64,000 nucleotides of DNA from Orbicella franksi (taxonomy: Eukaryota), in contig OZ116709.1 of the NCBI GenBank assembly GCA_964199315.1, forward strand, positions 1,550,001 to 1,614,000, given 5' to 3'. The position numbers were made by a program, and so were the translations under genes. Below the pieces are notes generated by a model, which was not told the origin of the DNA, searched no databases, and saw only the letters and a program-made list of their open reading frames with translations. This document shows, one piece after another, positions 12,239 through 24,200 of this stretch (its first letter is position 1; each line of letters begins with the position of its first letter).

Positions 12239-13012
12239 GGGTAACCCGAAAACACTGATCCCCGGTCCGCGGACTACCTATGGACCGGTCCACGGACTAC
12301 CCGTACGGACCCCCTCTACGGACCACTCCCCAAAAATATAATAAAAATTAGAAATAAATACTTCACTCATGGGTTGTCTAATAGATTACTCGTCTCGGCG
12401 AATTTTCGAGTATTACACTGTGCAAATGTAATTGACACCCTTCTTCCCGCCGCCCCCCCGAAAAAAAAAAGCCTATAAGCTTTACTCAGCGTAAGGAGAT
12501 GCCGCTGGCAAAAAGAAGGAAACTTGTTACATTGCATTCGTGGCTCAATCTGACTATGGAAGATGAGTTTTTAGGTAGTTCAAGCTTGTTTGTATCTGTA
12601 ACTGCGCTGAGCAAATTGTGAAGTCTGGAACGAGTTCACGAATCCACGTGAGAATGGGCTGAACAAAATGGTGGAGGGGAAAGAGCACAAATTCCGAGGC
12701 TTCCCGGAGGCTTCCTGGAGGCTTCCTGGAGACTTTCACTGTCTTTCATATACAGTATGGCCACAGCAAAGGAAATGGCAATGTGTAATGATTCAACTTG
12801 CGCCCGAGCTTGAACCCCACGAACGTTGAATTTGCAAAATGTAAAGTTTGAAATTTCGCCGACACGATCTATTAGACAACCCATAACTGAAATATTTCTT
12901 TTTTTTTTTCATTCTAATTTGGGGGGTGGTCCGTAGAGGGGTCCGTAGGGGTAATCCGTGGACCGGTCCATAGGTGGTCCGCGGACCGGGGGTCAGCGTT
13001 TTAGGGTTACCC
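12239..13012. mobile_element. MULE/Mutator-type MITE with long TIRs and a 9-bp TSD
   Basis: Imperfect TIRs of about 190 bp begin GGGTAACCCGAAAACACTGA and end TCAGCGTTTTAGGGTTACCC. An identical 9-bp flank AAACTGAAC is present at 12230-12238 and 13013-13021. Confidence 0.85.
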
Positions 13013-15408
13013 AAACTGAACTGCAAGTTCATTGTTTTAGGAGTGAAGCGGGAAATTACTGTAGATTGGGAAATACATTTCACGCAACTACCCGAAACAC
13101 TGTTGAGAATTTTAACTGAATTTTAATGCGCGTTAAAGACGTTTATAACGCATGGCCTTTGGCCATGGGCCTTAATCATCGAAGTCTTCGAAATATTTGG
13201 AGATTTGGCATATGCCTTTTCTTAGATTCGATCAGTTGTCACGGTAGACGAAACCCAACTGTGCTTGACCGACTGACTCCTTGATCCACTTTCGCAACAA
13301 TTAATATTGGCTCAACTGACCAACCAAAAATGAAACATAGTTGAAAACGCACAAAGCAAAAGCAAAAGCAAAAGCAATCAATCGATGAATTTACACAGTG
13401 ATTCCTTTATTTCTTGGTTTTGCTTTGTTCCGACAAGAATTCGTGACAGGAATAACCTACTTGTCATCGTTTATTATCCATGTTGCATAATCCCGTTACG
13501 TGCACGTGCACACCAGACAGATTTTAGCCGATAACCAATCAGATCATTCCATTTTCCATCAAAAAACTCCCGGATAACATACGATCTAATAAAATATGTA
13601 GAATCTCCTGCTGCTGTCTTTCACGTGAAAGTACACAAGACGTTGTGTTTGTCGTGGATCCCTACTCGAAGGGATAAACGACATTACATTTACTATCCTC
13701 GACTGTACTTAATACTATCGCTTCAAAATGCGGTTACACGCTGATGATGAAATTTCTTTTGCTGGTTATCGCCACCTGAACGATCTGAGACATGATTCCA
13801 CTTGGATTATGTCGTGCGTTCTTTATGCTCATTCCGCGATCTGTCTCGTCGTAGTGGTCGCCTTCGCAAGCTATGGCCTTGTTTGGCCCGTAAGGAATAA
13901 ATCAGAGACCCTTCTACACAGGACGACAAGGAAAGGTACGGTAACGACCATCCGACATCCAGCACGGTAATGTACAAATGTTCAAGTGAATTTGCATTCT
14001 GTCATCACGACCGCTCGACCGTCGCGGCCAAACCGGTTTCATCGGGTTTGTAACCAGTCGAAGCGGTACGTTTCCAGCCTTCTCCACCTTCAATGGAGTG
14101 AAACGTCATGTTCTTTGATAATCATGGACTATTTAGCTCGATATATTTCCAACATACAGTTGGGATTGCCTCGCTGAATCTTGTTTGACCATTTTGCTTG
14201 CCATTTTGCCTGCGGGAGTTGAAAAATTAGGCGTCGACTAGAAAATTACATGTAAATAAAGACTAGATGAGATAAGTGCAAGTGCGGTTGGCGTTAGGTT
14301 TTAGGACAGGAATAAGGCTTGCACTTAAATCCTTTTATCACAGGAGATCGCGAATCTTTTGGCAAATGTTTCGGGGTAAAGTCTTCGCCTAAAACGTCTG
14401 TGGGGGAAAATGTGAAATAATAATTCGCGTATGTCGCGGTACGGTGGAGGTTGCGGATTGGTGGTTTAAAATTCCTTTCTCGAATGTAGGCAACTCGCGT
14501 AAGTCATATGCCTCGCTAACAAAATCGCTGTATTTTCTTTGAATATTCCAGTAATATCTTCTTACATGTAGAAATAAAAGTGTGAAATAAAGTTGTCCAA
14601 GTCCGTTGTAGGGCCCCATTTAAACCAGCCTATGTTGGCTGCAATGGGTTAACCCTGACAAGAATTCAATAAAAGTCATAAAACAGCCCTTGCGAAAAGT
14701 TTAATGATACCGTGTACCGTCTGGTGTTCTTCACTAGTTAAAGTTATCTGAGTAAAACAGGTTTTCCTAGTAACGCGGCTTGGTAATATCACGCCTCTTT
14801 GTAGGGTACTACCACGCTTACATGGGAGTTTAATTTTGACACGATCTAACAGATTTATTTAGTCGGAAAAGTTTTCACCTAAAAAACAACCAAACTGAAA
14901 GCACCTAGTAAGGAGATTATTGATAAAAAAAATGTCAATTTTCCAAAGGGCCGTAAAATTACTTGGCGTGGCTTGGGTGGACTCTATCACGTGATATACT
15001 GGAGAAGAAGAGCTTTGAACTCGGTGTAAAACAAGTGATACATAAGTGTTCGTGCCATAGCATTTAGACAAAGAAAATCTTCGTTCAGCGATGTAAACAA
15101 GAGCTCTATGATTTTGATTTCCGAGATGCACATTTTACCACGGAAATTTTGGCAATCTGCTAGGAAAATCGAAGTTGACCTTTGACGTAGTTCCACTGAG
15201 CACGTGATCGAGAAGTCGAACAATTTTGACGAACCCTCCCCTCCCTAGAGACAAATCAAAACATCCCAGAATTCAGTACGAGTCCTTGATCCCCCACGAG
15301 GCAGCATGGCGCAATAGCTATTGTCAGCTTTTTCGTTATAATGCCTCCTTTTGTTAGGTTAATTCTTGGTTTGAAGAGGTCAGAGAGAAAACGTGATTTC
15401 ATCTTTTT

Positions 15409-18116
15409 ATGATGTATAACATATTACGTGGATCTGCGAAGTCGTTTTTGTACAATTCGTGCATACGATCTTCAGTGACGGTCGTGAAGTCCACGCGTGC
15501 TGTTACAACACGTTCTAGCTTACCTATTCTGTACAGTAAAGTTTTTATCCTTGAATTCTATCCTTGTCGTAGATACCATACAATGAAAGGTAAGCTCGTC
15601 GACTGAAAAGACGTAAACTTCGTTTTCGTGAAATCATTGAGTTTTGCACAAAATTTTTAGCTCGTATTGATAAACAAAGCCAGGCTGTCAACAAGTTTGT
15701 ACAGGTCATGAGTGCTCGCCACCAACATTTCTTTCGATCCACGTATTGTACTATTTAAGCGGGTGAAAATCTTCTCAATGTTGTGTGTGCCGTAATTCCG
15801 TTTGAGTGAAGGCTGAAATGGGTTTCTTGTCCATTTTTAGGGGCGAAGAGACTAGGAACTGCTGTACGAAGCTATTTTGGAACTCTTCGTTGGTTTAGTA
15901 TTCCAGCGAGTGTTGGTTTCGCCTACGTGTGTTATCAGCAATTCTGGCACATCAAGGAGAGAGAAAAACGAAAACTCGAGGCAGGCGAATCCGTTGAACC
16001 AAGTCAATGGCAGGTGAGATTGCGTGACTAACTGTGTGACTAAGTAGTCACGTCACGAAACTTTTGGATTCTACTTACTAATGATTTGTTGCTTTTTTAG
16101 GTTGCATTGTTCAAGAAGTTACCCACAAGAGCTTGTTCTCGCGCTTGGGGCAAAGTGTGTGATGTTGACTTGCCATTGTGGTTACGTAAACCAATTCTTG
16201 GTTCATTTTCATGGTATTTTGCTTGCAATGTTGCTGAAGCAGTTGAAGAAGAACTTGTAAATTATCCAAGTCTTGGAGCATTTTTTAGAAGGCAACTTAA
16301 ACCTGATGCCAGAAAGATCTGTGATGCCAGCTCTGTTGTAAGTATCTGCTCAGATTATGTAATTGAGTTGTGAGGGATGGGTAAAGTACTAGTGAAGATT
16401 TAACTCACTCAGTTCCCTTCTATGTGCACAGTCTGCAGCGCATAACCTGATAACCCCTAGCACAATGTTACCTCTATGCCATTTATGTTTTTAGGGAAAG
16501 CAGACATTCCATTGTCTTGTGTTGACAGGTTTTCTCAGCTGGTTCTCGTTCTTCTGCAAATATCGATATTCTTATTACTCAGTTCCATACACAACTTTAG
16601 TGCTCTGTTAGGAGAATCTGAGGTAGATCTAAAGACTGTTAGATTTACGTGGTGCATTTCTATGCTCAACATCAAATTGATAATTTGTTTTTCTTAGGTG
16701 AGTCCAGCTGATGGGACTGTGCTCCATTTTGGTGAGGTGGAAAATGACATGGTTGAACAAGTCAAAGGAATAACTTATTCAATGAAAACCTTCCTTGGAC
16801 CAGATCAACCATCCAGTTCTACACTAAAGGAATTAGCATCAAATAACAATAAAAGCCTATATCACTGTGTAATTTACCTGGGACCTGGTGACTATCATTC
16901 ATTTCATTCACCTAGTGAATGGAATGTCAAACTCAGGAGACATTTTCCAGGTTAGTCAAACATTTTATTTTCTGTTGTTCTTAATTGATTTTGTAATAAA
17001 AAATAATGATAAAACATCGCGTTTCGACCTCTCCAAGGTCATTTTCAAGTGTGAGAGGTTGAAACATTGTGACTTCATATTGTCACTTTCATTATAAAAT
17101 GAATTTCTATGAAATTACTCATTACTAATTTATTAGTAAATTTCTGTGTAAAAACATGGAAAAGTGTGCTGTAGCAATTTTTCAAGTTTTGCCATAATTC
17201 CTTCACTGCAAAGTTTGTATTACACATCTATTCAGTATCCTGACTCTTGACCTTGTTTTTGTAATTTGCTGAAGTTGAATTTCCCCAATGGAAACTCGTG
17301 TAAACAACCACCTTCATTTATTCCTACACATGCTAAAATCTCTTGTAATCAACCAAATGCCATCAGCACCTTTGTTCTCTTGGCTATTTTCTACCTTGGT
17401 AAACTATCATTCAAAAGTATCCTTAAATGTCTAGGCAATTGAAGACTCAGCTCCACGTGCTTTGTCATTGCAGGGGATTTGTTTTCTGTGCACCCAGGAA
17501 TAGCTCAAATGGTTGCTGGTTTGTTCAACCATAATGAACGTGTTGTTCTCAGTGGTTCCTGGAAACATGGATTTTTCAGTTTCACGGCTGTCGGAGCTTA
17601 CAATGTTGGATCTATTAACCTCAAGTTTGACAAGGTACCTTTGATTATCAGCTTTGTGATCTTGGCTAAAAATTGGTAGTACAAGCCTTTTTCTCAGTCA
17701 TGCAAATGCATACCACCAATGTCTCCCTGTAGCACTGTTTGGATAGTATGAAAACACTTCCTCCTCTCCCACCTTCTTGACAGCCTAAATCCCCATAGAC
17801 AAAGCTTAAATTGGGCATAAGTAAGAGTTATAACTGCAAACTTTTACTTATAGCTTTGTTTCATTTACTTTTGCAGGATTTGAAAACAAACTGTGCAGGA
17901 AGGTATTCTCCAGGCTCATTTCATGAATTAGAATACCTTAACGATAAACCTGAAGGAGTTCCTCTTGTTCGTGGTGAGAGAATGGGAGCATTTAACCTTG
18001 GATCAACTATTGTCTTGATATTTGAGGCGCCTAAAGACTTTGAATTTCATGTTCAAGCTGGACAGAAACTAAAATATGGTGAACCAGTAGGATTATCTAG
18101 AGAAGAAGCAGAATAA
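15409..18116 (+). CDS. PISD: Phosphatidylserine decarboxylase proenzyme, mitochondrial
   Basis: Exons 15409-15589, 15841-16013, 16101-16337, 16698-16950, 17474-17634 and 17877-18116 give 414 aa, all GT-AG and in phase. Motifs include [35 protein letters not shown] and the autocleavage motif [14 protein letters not shown]. The N-terminus is transit-peptide-like, followed by a hydrophobic anchor. Confidence 0.97.
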
Positions 18117-19581
18117 CATAATTTTTAAATGTAAATTAGAGTTTATAGGTACAGTGTTCAATATATAAATTAGAGGTTATCTTTAAGGGTATTGATGCAG
18201 TCTTACGATATTACAATTTAAAGAAAATTTTCTACGGAAGTATTTTGTGGTGAAAATACTTCCTCTTCAAAGGTATAAGGATATACATGTACTACCAAAA
18301 CCACATTGACGTTGTTGATATTGTAACAGCTCAGATTAGTTAAGAACTGTTGTGGATTGAAATTATATAAAAAAAATATATATGGTGTTTTTGCCATAGT
18401 TAATAGAGGGTAATGGTTATGAAACTCAACAAAGTTCTTTATTGTATGTTTTTGTTCTCTTTTTTGCCTTGAATGTGCACAAAGACAATAGTTGTTTACT
18501 CTGTACTGAGGAACTAACCAATAGAAACGTGTTGGTTACGTAATTCGTGCATAGTGTATGAGCGCAAAACAAAAGATTGTGCATGCTCGTGGACCTTCCA
18601 ACATAAATCTTGGCCTCTTTGTTTGCTCCTTTGACTTTTGCCGGGCTTCATAACCAGTCCCCTCTATTAACTATGGTTTTTGCCTTTTACAAAAAGCAAC
18701 TCTTGTATTCATAGTTCTCTTTCTTTAAAACTCTTTCTAGCCCTTACAGTGCAAAACTAATGCACCCGAGAAAATTCAGCTTTTTGCAAAAATTGAGCAA
18801 TAAGATTAATTAGTTAGTTAATTAATTAATTATCAGTTATTGATTAAAATAATAATGGTCACATTTGTTATGGTTACTTCATGTTGGGAATCTATTGGTA
18901 ATATCAAAGGATTTCATTTGTCAATTTACCCAAAATTTGGGCTGGTGGACTTAGTTACAGCGTTAGCACTGTATACGAAAATCAAAAGCTAAAATTAATG
19001 TGGAAAAACAGTCAATGTTCACGTGGTTGAACAATTTGAGTAAAATGTCATCAGCAGTTTCTGCTTGTGTCTGGTTAATTAATTTTGAAATATTAGTGAT
19101 GTCATCATTATTGGCCTCATTTCTTTTGAATGGCTCAAGTGGGGCAAATCAATATTTTCACATAATCATTATTTCTAAATTAAAGTAAAACTCATAAATT
19201 GATACTGTACAAATTGTTGACATTTTCAAATGAAATGTAAGATTTGTTTAAAATCTGTACAAAGGTTATATTGAGAAAATATTTATTATACATAAACTGA
19301 CTATTAATTACTGAGGGAAACCATTTTTAGGTATCAGTCTATCAATGAACCATAACCTACATTAGGTTCTCTAGACATTTAATTTTTACACAAAGTTCAA
19401 AAGCAAATTAAAAAATATAAAAAAATATTTTTGTTAAACCAGGGTTGATTTGACCTTTCACCCTGAAATGTTACTTTCCATGAAAACAAAGTAGATCTGC
19501 TTTTTTGTGTGATTTACAGGTTTGACTCCAGTAGAAGGTTCTTTACACTCATCACTTAAGCTTGTGTTGGGTTTTATGTTA

Positions 19582-19704
19582 AGCCTTAGTCAAAAGCCTG
19601 GCAACACGGTGCATGATAGTCGATGATAGGTGAATGATTCTCCCCGAATTTTCACCGACTATCATCAACTATCATCGACTATCATGAGACGTTTGACCAA
19701 GGCT
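19582..19704. mobile_element. Small palindromic MITE (TTA TSD, Harbinger-like)
   Basis: Termini AGCCTTAGTCAAA...TTTGACCAAGGCT with TTA on both sides. Internal ATGATAGTCGATGATAG and CTATCATCGACTATCAT form inverted arms. Confidence 0.7.
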
Positions 19705-20435
19705 TTAGACAATGAAAAAGACAGCCCACTATTAACCTGACCAACCTAATATTGATATGAACCAAAGGGAATCACTTTTTGCTGAGTAGGTTTGTCTTTT
19801 CAAGTTAGTTCAAAAAGTAATAAAAATGACAAAAAAAAATTAAAAGGTTATCATGCTTTCAACTGGAATTCTTGGCACTATCTTAACACAAATTAGATTT
19901 TATTCTTGACATGCAATGGCCACATTTTTAGGATCAAGCAATTTTTTTTTTAATCTTGTAAAGTTTGCATAATGAACACCCCTTCATGACTTCAGTTACC
20001 ATATTTGCACTGAACTTTCTTGCTTGGTTTCCTGCCTACATTCTAATTTTGAATTCCCAAGTAAAGTATGATCAAGCCTAATGACAAAATGTTTTCGAGA
20101 CTATTTTTAAGCCTGGCAGTGTCGTGTAAAATGAAACAGAAATCCAATATCAACAGGCAGCTTGTTAAGAACGTAACTTTACAATATTGTCAATTGATCC
20201 GCTGGTAGTATTCGGCTAATCTAGGTGGATCAATCAGATTAATTGATGCAACTGTTTCACAACCCTCAAGTTTAGTGGAATTCAGTAGCAGCCTATTATA
20301 TTTGTTGGTTATATAGCTGGATATCGGTACTTCACTGATTGGACGTTCAATTAAGTGTTCTTCATTTTGAAATACTCATAACAGACCTTTTCTTGTGCCA
20401 GAATGTATAATTGTCCATTTTGTACCATGTGAGGT

Positions 20436-20737
20436 AAAAAAAAGGTGCAGTCTGCATATGAGCCAAGTGGCCCATCAGGCCGGAACTTATCTCAGTTTCT
20501 GTAGCATGAAGTGGCTAGGAGTATTTCTACTCCCACCTGGATGGGATGCCAGTCCATCGCAGGGTTACCTCCAGCATTACGTTTGCCAGTACCCATTTAT
20601 GCATCTGGGTCGAGAGAGGCACTGTGAGAGTAACATGTCTTGCCCAAGAACACAACGGAATGTCCTTGGCTAGGGTTCAAACCCGGACCGCTCGATCTGG
20701 AGACAAGCTCACTAACCATGAGACCACCGTGCCTCCC
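20436..20737 (-). mobile_element. tRNA-derived SINE with a CORE-like central domain
   Basis: The head contains A-box and B-box-like motifs. The body TTCTTGGGCAAGACA...ACTCTCACAGTGCCTC...ATAAATGGGTAC resembles the MIR/CORE domain. It is collinear along its whole length with the copy at 61072-61369. Confidence 0.85.
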
Positions 20738-21294
20738 ACACTATGTGAGATAACTGGAGAATGTTTGACATTTAATCACATGCACACGAATCAGGGGCTT
20801 CATTGACATTTTCAGCAAGAGGACAACTGATTTTCACAGGTGGGCAAGACCAGTTGAACTGAAATTCTAAGAAAGAAAAACTTTCCTCTAGATGGTCAAA
20901 CCAGTCAGGCAAAATCTTCCTCACAACCAGTCAATTTGCCCAGTGCCAGGCCCTTCATAAAACCCCTGACATGAATGAAGACTGTGCATGCAGAGACATG
21001 GTCATGGTCACCTGCACCACAGGTTTGGCTTGACATGCAACAAGAAAAGAATATTGCACAACGAAAACCCACCAAAGAGGGAGACTAGGAAACTGAGATA
21101 AAATGGTAGAAGTCGGATTGTTGTCAAAAAATGCAAATATTTATTCAAACACTGGGCTAGCTGTCAATGGTGAAAGATAACAGGTTGATTTTAGTTGTTT
21201 CACAGCATTCATTTTATATTATGACACTCATCTGTTAGTTTTGCAGTTGACTGCACCAGATTAGAGAGAATACTAAATTGATTATGCAGCTTAT

Positions 21295-24200
21295 CTAAGA
21301 TGATGTCTTCTTAGCATCATTGTGATATTTGAGGACATCTTTATACTGTGATGGTGTCTGGTTAGCTTGAGCTTGATGCCATTCTGACCATATGTCAGAC
21401 GATAATTCTGCTAGGCGCTTTTTACGTTTTATTTCTTTGTACTTCATCTCAATCTGATCAGCGATCAATGCTGTGAGAAAGAACACAAGAGGACTAAAGT
21501 TAGCTTTTCCGAAATGAGACAAAGCAAAAAATATCTATGAACCAGTTTCTAGTTGGTTTCAGTAAGCCAAAGTCTTCTATGAGATAATATTCAGTGTGGC
21601 ACAGCAGAGTTGACCGGCAAGGAAAAGTAGTCTAATTACTGTTTTAATTGCCACAATTATAGAAAGCAATTCTAAACTTGCGTTACAATTTATACTAAGA
21701 TGCAATTTTTGGTCAAAATCCATTTTAGCCCAGCATATGTGTCACTGTGTTCTATTAAGCAATTAGATTACGAGCTCGAGATTTCTATTGCGTGATTGTT
21801 GACGAGGATGCACTATCATGCATGGAAATCGAGAGCGAATAATCTAATTGTTTTAGTATAAATCTACAAGTTGTTCAAAACTTTATCTAAATCCTCTTCA
21901 CAGACACTTTGAAAATGCCAAGAAGCAGCTGTCATTTTGTTAACAAGGGTACACTGCTACTCACTATCTATCACAGAATAGATAGTGAGTAGTGTAGCCA
22001 ATCAGAGAACGGCATTTGTGATAGAATGCTAGTAGATTTATACTTACAGATGACACACATAGTAAATGATGAGGGAACCTATCACATTTGCGATTTTTAT
22101 AGTCCATACTCGCTACAGTCTACTCTGTCCTTTCCTATAACAGAAATCATTACACTTCACATGTACAAGTCAGATTGAAAAAATATAACTAGATTGTGAC
22201 AAAAGCCACCAATACAAAACAGAAGACAACCTACTTTCTTTGCAGTGACTGACTGTCAAGGACACACGACCTGAAATCAAGAGAAACAATTAATCAATCA
22301 TTTATTTATTCACCTGACCAGACATGACAAAATAATAAGATCAAATAAGAAGAGAAAATTCTCAGAGTAAGAAATAGCAAGGAGGCCTTTAAGGGTTAAT
22401 CAGTGGACAGATCCATCTTTTCTAATTGTAGTCTACTTACATTGTTAAATATATTCTGTCAAGTGTACACCAAATTATAAACCTGTACTGTGCAGTGCAG
22501 GCTCAGTATTTCTTTGCTAAATGCTTGACAGCTGTCTTGTATTTTTGAAGGAGAGTAAGGTTGGTGAGAGAATGAAATTTCTATGGTGGTTTGGTAAACA
22601 ATCGCCAGCTCATAACACTAGCTTGCACTCCCTTATAAGACGCCTGCACTGCAGGTTACCTAAGTGATTTGATAATCACATCTGGATAAAACAACTACCC
22701 CTCTAAATCATAACAGTTGAGAATGTTTGGTTTATATAACCTAAGCTTGACTCTATGCTACTCTTCCTGCTGTTGAGTAAGGTGACAGAAGGCTTAATCC
22801 AGCTCTAATAAGCTATTCTAACAAGAAATTCAAATTAACTACCCTTACCTGAGACAGATTTCAAAAGATTTACAGCCCTCTCATGATCAAGCCCCTCCAA
22901 ACTCTAAAAAACATTTTAAAAATGGTGTGAATCTAAAAGCATATTAAGTAGTTCATATTGTGTGATCGTCTGGGTCAGTGTGATTATTTTTATCATAATC
23001 TGCACTTGATTATGAAAGGGCGAGTGGTGAGAATGTGGTTATACAATAACAGCTATTTCAAACTCACAGCAGAAAGCAACCTAAAACCAACAGCCAAATA
23101 TGGCATATGGCATAAAAAAAATTTTAACATGCTGCTTAAAAAGTGGAAAATGTAGGCCTTACTCTGTCATTTACAGCAAGAATCTTGTCACCAACAGATA
23201 ATCCCCCATGTCTGCAAGAGGAACAACAAACAAATTCCACTTCAATACTCAGTCTGGTAACAATAACAAATCCTTCCAAGATAATATAGTTGAAAGGTCT
23301 GGAGGTCAGCTTATCCCTTACTGCATGACTTGTGATCACAATATTAACATTATAACTATGGTAGTGTACTGGCCACTAGCAAAGTCAATCCTTGGAAAAC
23401 CTGCTTGTTGGGGCTCATCTGGTACGGTAACCACTCCCTACCTGTCTGCAACACCCCCAGGCACTATGTGTGAAATAAACACAGGGGTTGTATAGTGAAA
23501 CACAAGCCACTTCTCATTCTGTTTTGTCTTCTTTTCACCTCCTCTTATGTGAAAACCAAAGCTCTCCTCTCCCTAAGGATAACACAAAATGTGATATCAG
23601 GTGCTTTTCACTCTAGTCTACAAACTTATGCGAAAAGGTTCTTGGAGCTTCCATTCACACTTAAGAGGGCATGGGATTTATAAGCTGTTGTACAAACCTA
23701 CTACTTCAGATGAATATTGCCACTCTTACACAGCCTACTATACATGACAAGGTGATACTTTCTTATAAATTAAATTTAAAGATTATCATTCTCAGATGAC
23801 ACATCTAAATATTGTGGCTAAACATAAAACAATAGTTTCAAATTCATAAGCTAGCTATTATTACACTTTTGCTATAATCACAATTATATCTTCAAAGATT
23901 TTTGAAGTAATGAAATTTGGTGTTGCTGTATAATTTATTATCTGTGCTGTTAAATGTCAAATATGACTAGTCATGCCACTCCACTCAAGACCTACCATGG
24001 GCATAGTTCTTCCCAAACAAATAATTCTTGTGTGCTGGTAACTCAACACATGAGAAAGAATGCTGACTGGAGTGTATGCATCAGTTGTCCCTCTAATAAT
24101 GTATGATGCAACAGCCTGTCCCAAACTTGACATAGTTTGGTGTATAAAATTTCATGTGCTGCACCAAACTGATTCAAATTATGCTCTTCTGCTGTACATA

